Shown here in pieces: positions 9,179-18,322 of a DNA stretch of 64,000 nucleotides; position 1 is the stretch's first letter, and the number at the start of each line of letters is the position of its first letter. The position numbers and the translations under genes were made by a program. The notes under the pieces were generated by a model. It was not told the origin of the DNA. It did no database searches and worked only from the letters and a program-made list of their open reading frames with translations. The DNA comes from Calditrichales bacterium (GTDB taxonomy: Bacteria > Calditrichota > Calditrichia > Calditrichales > J004). The stretch is from NCBI GenBank assembly GCA_965267575.1, contig OZ254086.1, positions 3,680,001 to 3,744,000 on the forward strand, read 5' to 3'.

Positions 9179-10348
9179 ATGGGAAAAACAATGAATACGG
9201 CCACAAAGCAACCGACCCTTCAGGATTATACGACAACCATCACCATCCTGGAGCACATCTCCGACGCCATTTTTATACTGAGCGCGCGCGGCATGGTGGA
9301 GTATGCCAATACCAGCGCCCTTAACCTGCTGGGGTATGAGCTGGGCCAGATCATTGGTAAAAACCTGGCGGACTACCTGTTGCATGAAGATGGCGCTGCC
9401 GCTATTCATGAGATGCTTACGCGCGAAACGATAGAAGAAATGGAAACCGAACTGATCGGGAAACATTACGCGGTTCCCGTTTTGCTGAATTTCGGCGTTG
9501 TGCGCAGCAGCCGCGGAGGCGTGAGCTATATTATAGCTTCCGCGCGGGATATTTCCTGGCGCAAGGAAATGGAGCGCACCACCAACCAGAAACGCATCCT
9601 CGCCTTATCTCGCGACCATTATCGTGAAATGGGCGAACTGGCGGTTAACATGGTACATAATCTGGGTCAACCGCTCACATCGGTGCGTTTAAAGCTGGAG
9701 CTGGCGCAAAAACAGGTGAAGGCGGAACAACCGGATATCGGTAAAGTGGCGCGGCACCTGGAAAAGATCAATCAGCTTCTGGATGGCATTCAATCGACGG
9801 TGGAAGATGTCCGGCAGTTTGCCAGCCAAACCGAAGACGAATCTTACAAGCCGGTAAATATTGGACAGATAGTAGATAACGCGCAGGCACAGCTAAGTTA
9901 CGAGTTCACTGAAAATAACGTGGAGTGCGAGGTTGCCGGCTGCGAAGATACGCACATGATCCTGGCCAACCCGATTACGCTGCAGCAAGTGTTTGTAACA
10001 TTGCTGCGGGTTCAGCTGCGTTTCTGGGAAGGACAGGCGGTCAAGAGCGCCAGCCAGAAAATCCGCATTCGCTTTGAGGAAGAAAACGGAAAATGGCTAT
10101 GTATTTACTTTGAGCCGCTTTCTCCCGCCAAGGGTAAGCAGGCAAGCCAGGAAACATCTTTCAAGGGCGACGACAGTCTTCACCTTATAGATATGCAGGT
10201 CGTACAGCTTATAAGTGAGACGCTGGGTGGTGATTTTAAATGGGAGGTGACCAAAAACCGGCCGACGTTCCGTTTACGCTTCCCTTTGGACCAGCATGAC
10301 GAACGCGAGCAACTGCGCAATCTTATTGAGCTTTTTCACGACAAATAA
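9179..10348 (+). CDS. Cytoplasmic PAS + DHp protein with a degenerate HATPase domain (histidine-kinase-like)
   Basis: PAS 'ILEHISDAIFIL..GMVEYAN...LLGY...IIGK...ARDIS'; H-box 'VHNLGQPL'; N/G1/G2 boxes not recognisable. Confidence 0.8.
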   Translation: MGKTMNTATKQPTLQDYTTTITILEHISDAIFILSARGMVEYANTSALNLLGYELGQIIGKNLADYLLHEDGAAAIHEMLTRETIEEMETELIGKHYAVPVLLNFGVVRSSRGGVSYIIASARDISWRKEMERTTNQKRILALSRDHYREMGELAVNMVHNLGQPLTSVRLKLELAQKQVKAEQPDIGKVARHLEKINQLLDGIQSTVEDVRQFASQTEDESYKPVNIGQIVDNAQAQLSYEFTENNVECEVAGCEDTHMILANPITLQQVFVTLLRVQLRFWEGQAVKSASQKIRIRFEEENGKWLCIYFEPLSPAKGKQASQETSFKGDDSLHLIDMQVVQLISETLGGDFKWEVTKNRPTFRLRFPLDQHDEREQLRNLIELFHDK

Positions 10349-10369
10349 CACCAGCCGCCTATCCGCACC

Positions 10370-10396
10370 TTAAGCCCTCAGCACGCAATCCGATTA
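10370..10396 (+). promoter_or_regulatory. Putative sigma28 promoter upstream of the M23 peptidase
   Basis: TTAA(G)-N15-TCCGATTA versus consensus TAAA-N15-GCCGATAA. Confidence 0.4.
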
Positions 10397-10430
10397 TTAT
10401 ATCAATATGTAACAAAGCAATATTAAGGTT

Positions 10431-11873
10431 ATGAAAGCGATAAAGAGTTTTTTTATTTACAAATCTGATAACAACAAAAATGTTAAACTTTATGCCCTGG
10501 CAATTCCGGTCTTATTATTGATCGTATCCTCGCTGTATTCACCGGATATTTTCCACGCCCTGGGGTTGTCACCTCAACATGCGTTGGACAAGATGGTGGC
10601 TGAAAACCGCACCGCAATACGGCAGCGTGCGCTGGAACTGGCACGTCCGGCTTTATTTGAAACATTCGGCGTGAAAGGGCAGGATACGCTTTACGCAAAG
10701 CTAATCCATCATTACAACCACGATTTTTACGGCCGCGGATACGGGCTTTCCACAGCGGCGGAAAAAATGCTTCTGGCCGCCATCGCCTGCCGGGCTTTTG
10801 ATCGCGAAGATCTGTGCGGTCTCTCGCGGCTATTCGGCGGTGACTCGGTGCAGACATTGAGAGAATGGCTTCTTTTGAAAACCGGCGGCACCCCCAAAAA
10901 CAACCCCTATTTCAACCCGGTTTATCAGCAATTACAAAATCAGATAGCTGAATTGCAGCAAAAGTTGCAGGCTGCTTTATCTCCGCAGTTTTCGGACAGG
11001 CAAAAACGGGATATGCTTGCTTCGGTGACAGTGGAACAGCACGTTAAGGCCGACTCTGCCATTAGCGTGCTGGCGCATGCCCTGCTAAAAGCCGGCGGCC
11101 TTAATGATACCCTGGTGACAATCTACAAACGGTATTATGAGAAGCGCCAGGAACTGAACATACGTCTTGGACTGTTTCATATTTTTCTTTCCTATGAATA
11201 TAATGCCCGCAATAAAGAGCAGGTTTTTGCCTGGCTGCTGGCCGACCATGACGGGCTGGAATACTACAAATACAACCGCTATAAACGCGAACGCTACTTT
11301 CCGGACAGAACATGGCTGGTCACACAGGTTGAACCTCTTTTGCCCCTGGCCGCGCAATATGACAACCTTTTTGACGGACTGGGCTTAAACGACCGTGAAA
11401 TACAGCTATACAACCCCTTGCGCCGGGAGCTGGTGGCCAAGACCGTAGGCAGCTTTGGTGCACGCCGCAAGAACAAATGGGGCAGGGTCTACAAACACAA
11501 AGGCCTGGACCTTGTAGCCGATGAAGGAACACCCGTATTTCCCGTGCGGGATGGTTTCGTGGAGTATGTCGGAAATAAACGCAATGGTCACGGCAACCAT
11601 ATCCGCATTCGTCACGACAACAAAGTCGTCTCGCTGTATTCACATCTGCGCAATGACCGTTTATGGCAGCAAACGCTTCAGCGCTATCGTGACCAGGGCT
11701 CTTTCTGGATAACAGCTCAGGAGCCGATAGCTACGGTTGGCACAACCGGTAATATCCCCAAGTATGATGCGCAATACGGTTATGCCCATCTGCATCTGGA
11801 GGTTATAGTCGGCGGCAAATGGCAGAATCCGGCCTACTTTTTTGATACGCCGCTGACCGTCGTGGCCGAATAG
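10431..11873 (+). CDS. Membrane-anchored M23 (LytM/lysostaphin-type) metallo-endopeptidase
   Basis: N-terminal hydrophobic anchor; C-terminal Zn motifs 'HKGLD', 'YSHL', 'HLHLE'. Confidence 0.88.
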   Translation: MKAIKSFFIYKSDNNKNVKLYALAIPVLLLIVSSLYSPDIFHALGLSPQHALDKMVAENRTAIRQRALELARPALFETFGVKGQDTLYAKLIHHYNHDFYGRGYGLSTAAEKMLLAAIACRAFDREDLCGLSRLFGGDSVQTLREWLLLKTGGTPKNNPYFNPVYQQLQNQIAELQQKLQAALSPQFSDRQKRDMLASVTVEQHVKADSAISVLAHALLKAGGLNDTLVTIYKRYYEKRQELNIRLGLFHIFLSYEYNARNKEQVFAWLLADHDGLEYYKYNRYKRERYFPDRTWLVTQVEPLLPLAAQYDNLFDGLGLNDREIQLYNPLRRELVAKTVGSFGARRKNKWGRVYKHKGLDLVADEGTPVFPVRDGFVEYVGNKRNGHGNHIRIRHDNKVVSLYSHLRNDRLWQQTLQRYRDQGSFWITAQEPIATVGTTGNIPKYDAQYGYAHLHLEVIVGGKWQNPAYFFDTPLTVVAE

Positions 11874-12011
11874 CTGCGGGCAAAATATTCCTCAAGGCGG
11901 AAAATTCTTCTTCAGGCAGAGCTTTCGCATGGTACAGGATGACTTTAAGCCTGCTTCTTTTATTTATCTAATTGGTTGTTTTTACTTGTCTTAAGTGATT
12001 ATCTCATCCTC

Positions 12012-12027
12012 TGGCACCATAATTGCA
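12012..12027 (+). promoter_or_regulatory. Sigma54 (-24/-12) promoter of the flgF operon
   Basis: TGGCAC-CATAA-TTGCA; GG at 12013-14 and GC at 12025-26 give the canonical spacing; 41 bp before the flgF ATG. Confidence 0.8.
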
Positions 12028-12068
12028 AAATGACCGCGTAAACGTGTGCCAAATGGAGTTGAACGGTC

Positions 12069-12788
12069 ATGATTCAATTAAACCTTACCAAACTGAAACA
12101 AGCCATGATGGGGCAGATGGACCGCACCAACGTGACGTCCAATAATCTTGCCAACATCAACACCAGCGGTTTTAAGCGCGACGAAATATTTTTTCACACG
12201 CTTTCCGAAGAACTGGACCTGTCTGAAGATATAACCCAAAGCGTTGATTTTAGCCAGGGTCAGCTGCGCGAAACGGGCAACCCGCTTGATATCGCTATTT
12301 CAGGGCGTGGCTTTTTTAGCGTGGAGACAGAAAACGGCGACGTTGCCTATACGCGTGAAGGATCCCTGCATGTGGATGGTGACGGCACACTGCGCAACCA
12401 GTCGGGACTACCGGTTCTGGGTGAAGGCGGCTGGATAAACGTACTTACCGAATTTGGCGCCCCTTCCGAGATCAGCATCACCGAGAAGGGCGAAGTCTAC
12501 GGCGATGGCGCGCTTATGGACCGCATCGTTGTTGTGGATTTTGAAGGCAAAAACGCCTTGCGCAAACTGGGCGGTAATCTGTTCAGCAAAAATGAAGAAG
12601 CGCTAGAATTCCAGGTAGAAGACGCGCAGGTCAAACAGGGCTTCCTGGAATCTTCCAATGTGAACCCGGCCAATGAGATGATCGAACTGATCGAGATACA
12701 GCGGGAATTCGAGAGCATGCAGAAGATGGTGCGCGCGCTGGATGACGTATACCGTCAGGCTGTTTCACAGGTGGGTGAATACAGGTAA
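12069..12788 (+). CDS. flgF: Flagellar basal-body rod protein FlgF
   Basis: 'SNNLANINTSGFK', 'TGNPLDIAISG.GFF', 'YTR.G', 'LESSNVN'; directly precedes flgG. Confidence 0.9.
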   Translation: MIQLNLTKLKQAMMGQMDRTNVTSNNLANINTSGFKRDEIFFHTLSEELDLSEDITQSVDFSQGQLRETGNPLDIAISGRGFFSVETENGDVAYTREGSLHVDGDGTLRNQSGLPVLGEGGWINVLTEFGAPSEISITEKGEVYGDGALMDRIVVVDFEGKNALRKLGGNLFSKNEEALEFQVEDAQVKQGFLESSNVNPANEMIELIEIQREFESMQKMVRALDDVYRQAVSQVGEYR

Positions 12789-12803
12789 AAAGAGGAGTGT
12801 AAT

Positions 12804-13589
12804 ATGAGAGCATTAAAGACCGCCGCGCTGGGCATGACGGCGCAACAACTTAACGTGGACGTTATCGCCAACAACCTGGCCAACGTCAACACAACCGGTT
12901 ACAAGAAAAGCGCCATAGAGTTTCAGGATCTGCTGTATGAAAAAATGCAGACCGGAAATCGTGACGGCGAAAAAGGCCGTGAAAAGCCGGCCGCCATCGA
13001 AATAGGTTTGGGTAACAGGGCTATTTCCACCTATCGCTCGTTTTCCGAAGGGACCATCCAGGAGACCGGAAATTCTCTTGACGTGGCCATCAACGGCAAA
13101 GGCTTTTTGCAGGTGGAGCTTCCGGACGGCAGCCTGGCATACACACGCGACGGTGCCATGAAGGTCAATTCATTCGGCTACCTGGTGAACAATTCAGGCC
13201 TAAAGATCATGCCGGAGATTACCATACCTGAAAATACCAAGGGCATTCAGATAAACCAGGACGGCGTCGTGGCTGTATTGCTGAACGGCGAGACAGAGCC
13301 GCAGGAACTTGGACAGATCGAGCTGGCCACTTTCATGAATCCGGCCGGATTGGAAGCGCAGGGCGGCAACCTGTTTATGGCCACACAAGCTTCCGGGGAC
13401 GCGGTGTTCGGTACTCCCGGTGAAGACGGCATGGGGCTTCTGGTGCAGGGCTACCTGGAAAAGTCTAACGTGGACGTCGCTCAGGAGATGATCAACCTGA
13501 TTGTGGCCCAGCGTGCTTATGAGATTAACTCCAAAGCCGTAAAAACCGCCGATGAACTCATGTCCATGGCAAACAACCTTAAACGTTAA
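12804..13589 (+). CDS. flgG: Flagellar distal rod protein FlgG
   Basis: 'ANNLANVNTTGYKK...FQDLLY', 'LEKSNVDVAQEMINLIVAQRAYEINSK'. Confidence 0.96.
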   Translation: MRALKTAALGMTAQQLNVDVIANNLANVNTTGYKKSAIEFQDLLYEKMQTGNRDGEKGREKPAAIEIGLGNRAISTYRSFSEGTIQETGNSLDVAINGKGFLQVELPDGSLAYTRDGAMKVNSFGYLVNNSGLKIMPEITIPENTKGIQINQDGVVAVLLNGETEPQELGQIELATFMNPAGLEAQGGNLFMATQASGDAVFGTPGEDGMGLLVQGYLEKSNVDVAQEMINLIVAQRAYEINSKAVKTADELMSMANNLKR

Positions 13590-13590
13590 A

Positions 13591-14289
13591 ATGAAGAATT
13601 TCCGCCTTTTTTCGATCGTTACGCTGCTTTTGTTTGCGCCGCTGCTTCTGCACGCTGTAGAGGTGGCGGATATTCACAATAAGGTAACGCACTTTTTCAG
13701 CAAAGGCCTGGATGTAGAGCGGTCAGCGCTGGTTGTAACGCTAAAGCATCTGCCGGACGATCTGCACGCCATCGACGCCGCGGAAATTTATGTCTATTCA
13801 CAAAAAAGAAATTTGGATGCCGGCTACCAGACGGTGTGGGTCAAGCTTATCCGGGAAGGCCAGCTTCTGAAAAAATTCCCGGTCAGCGTAAATATTAGCG
13901 TGGAAAAGCAGGTTTTTGTGGCCGCCCGAAAGATCGGCTACGGGGATGTTATTCGTGAGGATATGCTTGTTTTGGAAAAACGGCGCCTTGGGGACGATTT
14001 CCGCGCCCATTTCAGCGACATGCGGCAATTGGCTAATTGTGAGAGCAAGCTGACGATTAAGCCGGGTACCGTGCTTACCCGCCGCATGATTCGAAGCGTC
14101 CCGGCCGTACATCGCGGTCGCCAGGTGAATGTGGAGATACGGGCCGGCCAACTCTCGGTAAGCACGCACGGCAAAGCCAAAAGCGACGGCTATATCGGCG
14201 ATGATGTGCGGGTTGTGTTGAGCGAAACCGGTAAGATTATCCGCGGCGAAATCGTCGCGGAAAACAATATTGTGGTTATTCAGGAGTAA
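13591..14289 (+). CDS. flgA: P-ring assembly chaperone FlgA (start moved to ATG 13591)
   Basis: Signal peptide, SAF-like 'VAARKIGYGDVI', 'VHRGRQV', 'GKAKSDGYIGDDVRV'; lies between flgG and flgH. Confidence 0.88.
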   Translation: MKNFRLFSIVTLLLFAPLLLHAVEVADIHNKVTHFFSKGLDVERSALVVTLKHLPDDLHAIDAAEIYVYSQKRNLDAGYQTVWVKLIREGQLLKKFPVSVNISVEKQVFVAARKIGYGDVIREDMLVLEKRRLGDDFRAHFSDMRQLANCESKLTIKPGTVLTRRMIRSVPAVHRGRQVNVEIRAGQLSVSTHGKAKSDGYIGDDVRVVLSETGKIIRGEIVAENNIVVIQE

Positions 14290-14293
14290 TGAA

Positions 14294-14890
14294 ATGAAAA
14301 GGGTCATCCTATTTACGTTTTTTCTATGGGCGGCGGCGCAGGCGCAGATGTCGCTCTACTCGGACTTCAAGGCGCGGCAGATCGGTGACGTGCTGCAGGT
14401 GATCATTGTGGAAAATGCCAATGCCACGCGCGAATCAAAGACGTCGTCTAAATCCAACAGCGATTTTGACATGAACGCGTCGACGTCGGGCAATGTGGCT
14501 GATTTTCTGCCTTTGTTTGGTGGCAGCAGCTCGCTTTCCACCAACTATAACGGCGGGGATGAAACCGAGCAAAGCGAAAGGCTGAGCGGCCGTATCACGG
14601 TGCGGATCATGGAAGTAAGCGAGGGCGGCACGTACCGCATTGAAGGTGAGCGTTCGCTCGAGGTAAACGGTGAAGAGAACGTCATGAAGCTGACCGGTTT
14701 TATCCGCGGGCGCGATATCACCTCTGAAAACGCCGTTTTCTCCTATAACGTGGCCGACGCTGAAATCACCTATAAAAAGGGCGGCATTACCAACGCCGTT
14801 AATCAGGGTTTCTTCAGCAACATCTTTACGCGTGTCGTCGGTCTGGCAATGATCGCCGCTGCGCTGGGCTATCTGGCTTTGGGAGGCTGA
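14294..14890 (+). CDS. flgH: Flagellar L-ring protein FlgH (atypical termini; start ATG 14294)
   Basis: 'SLYSDFKARQIGDVLQVIIVE', 'IEGERSLEVNGE....LTGFIR..DI...N.V.S..VADA'. Confidence 0.9.
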   Translation: MKRVILFTFFLWAAAQAQMSLYSDFKARQIGDVLQVIIVENANATRESKTSSKSNSDFDMNASTSGNVADFLPLFGGSSSLSTNYNGGDETEQSERLSGRITVRIMEVSEGGTYRIEGERSLEVNGEENVMKLTGFIRGRDITSENAVFSYNVADAEITYKKGGITNAVNQGFFSNIFTRVVGLAMIAAALGYLALGG

Positions 14891-14891
14891 A

Positions 14892-16016
14892 ATGAAGCGG
14901 ATAACAAAATCTTTTCTTTTGTCGCTGGTAGGCTTTTCACTGCTAACCGGGCAGGTACGCATCAAGGATATTGTGACCGTTGAAAACGGCGTGCAGACTT
15001 CCCTGATCGGCTATGGGCTGGTAATTGGTCTGGACGGCAGCGGGGACCGCTCATCCGGTAACCGAGGGGCCGTTTTTACCATTCAAACGATCAGCAACAT
15101 GTTGGAACGTTTTGGCATAACTGTGCCCAAGGAACAGCTGCGAACACGCAACGCCGCGGCCGTAATGGTCACGGCAACCGTTGAGCCGTTCAGCACGGTA
15201 GGCACGCAGTTCGATGTGGTTGTTTCGTCGCTGGGTGATGCCAGCAGTCTCGAAGGCGGGGTATTGCTCATGGCGCCGCTGCTTGATCCATACGGCCAGC
15301 AATATGGCATGGCGCAGGGGCCCGTCTCCATCGGCGGATACAACGTTGAGACGCGTGCAGGGGAGAAATTACGCAAGAATCACGCTTTGGTCGGGCGCGT
15401 TCCGTCCGGTGGAATTTTGACATCATTACCGCCCAATCAGAATCTCGATACCTCAAAGCCAATCAAATTGTTTTTACTGGAGCCGGATTTTGCCACGGCC
15501 AACAGCATCGCAACAGCCATTAACCAAAATCAGAATAACGCGGACGCGGCCAGAGCGGTCAGTCCGGGCGTAGTGGAACTGACCATGCCGGACAGCCTGA
15601 ATTCGCCGTATATGGCCGTGGGCTACATCGCTGAACTGGAAAAACTGACCGTGGATGCGGATGTGGAAGCACGCGTCGTTATAAATGAACGTACCGGTAC
15701 CATCGTGGCCGGCGGAACCGTGCGCATTGATGAAGTGCTGATTTCACACGGCAATCTCACCATCCACACACGCAGCGCGCCGATCATTTCGCAGCCACAG
15801 GCTTTTAGCAGCGGCGGACAAACCGTAGTGGCGGAAGTTACCAATACAACGGCGGAAGAAGAAGATGCCACCACGGCGGTTATCCGCGAAACAACCACGG
15901 TAACGGACCTGGCCCTGGCCCTGAACACGATCGGCCTAAAACCACGTGATATTATTGCTGTTTTCCAGGCGATAAAGCAGGCCGGGGCGTTACGCGCACG
16001 GCTGATCATTAATTAA
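14892..16016 (+). CDS. flgI: Flagellar P-ring protein FlgI
   Basis: 'RIKDI', 'LIGYGLVIGLDGSGD', 'NAAAVMVTA', 'VVINERTGTIV', 'AGAL.A'. Confidence 0.97.
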   Translation: MKRITKSFLLSLVGFSLLTGQVRIKDIVTVENGVQTSLIGYGLVIGLDGSGDRSSGNRGAVFTIQTISNMLERFGITVPKEQLRTRNAAAVMVTATVEPFSTVGTQFDVVVSSLGDASSLEGGVLLMAPLLDPYGQQYGMAQGPVSIGGYNVETRAGEKLRKNHALVGRVPSGGILTSLPPNQNLDTSKPIKLFLLEPDFATANSIATAINQNQNNADAARAVSPGVVELTMPDSLNSPYMAVGYIAELEKLTVDADVEARVVINERTGTIVAGGTVRIDEVLISHGNLTIHTRSAPIISQPQAFSSGGQTVVAEVTNTTAEEEDATTAVIRETTTVTDLALALNTIGLKPRDIIAVFQAIKQAGALRARLIIN

Positions 16017-16031
16017 TAAAGGGATAAGCTG

Positions 16032-16415
16032 ATGAAGATCACAGACAAGGCCTTTATAGCCCTAAAACGACTCAACGGCGATTTAGAAAACAAGCCACCC
16101 ACCGACCCCAATAATATGGACCGGGAAGAAATAACCAAAGCGTCGCAGAAGCTGGAAGGGCAGTTTGTCTCTATGATGATCAAAGCCATGGAAAAGACCA
16201 TTCCCAAAGAAAGCGGTTCTAAGAACGACCTGGCGTCGATGATGTTCAGCCAGGTGATGGGTGACGAAATTGCACGTCAGGGCGGCATGGGTCTGAGTGA
16301 TTTTCTGATCAGGGCTTTGCAGCAAAATGGCAGTGAAGCCATAAAAAAGATGCCAGATGGCTTTCATCTGGACGCAGTTTATAAATATGGAGCTTTGGGC
16401 GCCGATGAAGAGTGA
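16032..16415 (+). CDS. flgJ: Short FlgJ (rod-binding domain only)
   Basis: 'KASQKLEGQFVSMMIKAM..T', 'GGMGLSD'; 127 aa, no muramidase domain. Confidence 0.82.
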   Translation: MKITDKAFIALKRLNGDLENKPPTDPNNMDREEITKASQKLEGQFVSMMIKAMEKTIPKESGSKNDLASMMFSQVMGDEIARQGGMGLSDFLIRALQQNGSEAIKKMPDGFHLDAVYKYGALGADEE

Positions 16416-16923
16416 ATTATCCGTACAACAGGGAAAAAAGGTGATGCTGGACCGCATACTACAATTGCTTGGAGAAGAAACGGAAATTTACGCGCAGCTG
16501 GGCAAAGCTGTGAGCGCCAAGCAGCAGGCAATTTTATCAAATGATATTGCGGCGATTAAGCAAAAAACAGAACAGGAACAGCTGCTGGCCAAATCAGCAA
16601 ACGGCAAAACCGTGGAGCGCTACGAACTGATGAAACTGGCATTAAACCATTCCCAGGTTCCGTCCATGACGGAGTTCCTTTTCCGCAACGGTCTGGCTTC
16701 GGACGCCCGCTGGACGCGTCTGAGCCGTGGATTGAACGAATCGGTTGAGCAAATAAAAAGAACGAATCGGGAAAACGCGCAGCTATTGCAAACATCTCTG
16801 CGTTTTACCCAGGACCTGATCCGGATGTATTACCCCGCTGAAAAAGCTACCACAACAACCTACACGCGGCAGGGCAAAACATCGGGCAAAGGCAGCAGCA
16901 CGCTGCTTAATCGCGGAATCTAA
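16405..16923 (+). CDS. flgN: Export chaperone FlgN (start uncertain: 16405 or 16441/16444)
   Basis: Helical; 'N.ENAQLLQ.SL' and C-terminal 'TYTRQG'; directly upstream of flgK. Confidence 0.8.
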   Translation: MKSELSVQQGKKVMLDRILQLLGEETEIYAQLGKAVSAKQQAILSNDIAAIKQKTEQEQLLAKSANGKTVERYELMKLALNHSQVPSMTEFLFRNGLASDARWTRLSRGLNESVEQIKRTNRENAQLLQTSLRFTQDLIRMYYPAEKATTTTYTRQGKTSGKGSSTLLNRGI

Positions 16924-16941
16924 AAGAAAGACGAGGCAGGG

Positions 16942-18306
16942 ATGTCGATTTCTCAGTTGTTTGAAATAGGTCGCCGCTCGCTGTTGGGCTACAAGAGCGC
17001 CATAGACACAACCTCCGGCAATATTGCCAACGCCAACCGCGAAGGCTATACGCGCCGTCGCGTCAATCTGGATAACCTCACCTCCGATATCGGGCTTGGG
17101 TACGGCCGGATCGGGGCTGGTGTTAATGCAGACCAGCTCAGTCGCATGCGTCACAAATTTGCCGAGTACAGCCTGTGGCGCGAGAATGCCAGTTATAACA
17201 ATTACGCCAAACAGGAAACGCTGCTAAGCCAAATTGAAAGCATACTGGGCGATGACAGTGAAGCCGGCCTGCAAAACATCATGAGTGAATTCTGGAATGC
17301 CTGGAACGATCTGGCCAATGACCCGGAAAGTGAATCGGCCCGCGTTCTGGTTAAAAACAAAGGATTGCTGTTAGCCAACACGTTTAATCGCACTCATGAA
17401 CGGGTAGTTCGCTTTCAGCGCCAAATGGAGCCCGAGATCCGCGACACCGTCTCCATGATCAATCAAATCTCGGCGCAGCTGCTCCAGCTTAACGAACAAT
17501 TCCGGCTAAACCCGGGTTCGCCCGATCTGATGGACCAGCGCGACAGCCTGATCACTCAGATGTCCGACCTGATCAACGTTGAGGTGAAGGAAAAAGATAA
17601 CGGAGAAATCAGCCTCTTTTTCAATGGTCATATTCTTGTCTCGGAAAACAAGATCAATCAACTGGAAACGTCTATTGACCGCTCCGATAACCTGCACCGC
17701 ATAGCCGTCACGTTTAAAGACAGCAATTACAGGCCGGAAATTACGGCCGGAAGCCTGGCGGGCCTGGTGGAAGTATTTAACAATAAAGTGCCCGAATACA
17801 TGAACAACCTCGACGCTCTGGCGCGTGAAGTGGTAAGAAACATTAACGCCGTGCACAGGAACGGCAGTAATGTGGCCGGCACAACGGGTGTCGATTTCTT
17901 TGAACAAGGTGCCGGCGGGGCCGCGGATTTCCGGGTCAGCAATGCCGTTGTAAACGACCCTACGCTCATTGCAAGCCGCAGCAACACGGAAGCCGTGGGC
18001 GGCAATAGTACGGCGGAGGCGATCTTTAACCTGCAGTTCAGCTCCTTTGTGAGCAACCAGACACCGGGGGATTTTTATACATCGTTGACGACGTCTTTGG
18101 GCACAGAGATTTCGGATGTATCATTTCTTGCCCACAGCCAGGAACTGATCGCGCAGCAACTAAAAAACCAGCGCGATGAAGTCAGCGGCGTTTCACTGGA
18201 TGAAGAGATGACCAAGCTGGTTCAGTACGAGCAAGCTTATGAAGCAGCCGCCAAAATCATTCAAACGGTTGACGAGATGCTGGAAACCGTGATTAACCTG
18301 AGGTAG
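16942..18306 (+). CDS. flgK: Hook-associated protein FlgK
   Basis: 'NIANANREGYTRR', 'DLMDQRD', 'VSGVSLDEEM..L..YEQAY.AAAK'. Confidence 0.96.
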   Translation: MSISQLFEIGRRSLLGYKSAIDTTSGNIANANREGYTRRRVNLDNLTSDIGLGYGRIGAGVNADQLSRMRHKFAEYSLWRENASYNNYAKQETLLSQIESILGDDSEAGLQNIMSEFWNAWNDLANDPESESARVLVKNKGLLLANTFNRTHERVVRFQRQMEPEIRDTVSMINQISAQLLQLNEQFRLNPGSPDLMDQRDSLITQMSDLINVEVKEKDNGEISLFFNGHILVSENKINQLETSIDRSDNLHRIAVTFKDSNYRPEITAGSLAGLVEVFNNKVPEYMNNLDALAREVVRNINAVHRNGSNVAGTTGVDFFEQGAGGAADFRVSNAVVNDPTLIASRSNTEAVGGNSTAEAIFNLQFSSFVSNQTPGDFYTSLTTSLGTEISDVSFLAHSQELIAQQLKNQRDEVSGVSLDEEMTKLVQYEQAYEAAAKIIQTVDEMLETVINLR

Positions 18307-18322
18307 AGAAAGGATTCTCGCA

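Noticed and set aside
11874..11960. c-di-GMP riboswitch upstream of flgF
   Set aside because: GGCAAA is present but I could not build the P1/P2 GNRA-receptor structure; it also lies upstream of the sigma54 promoter
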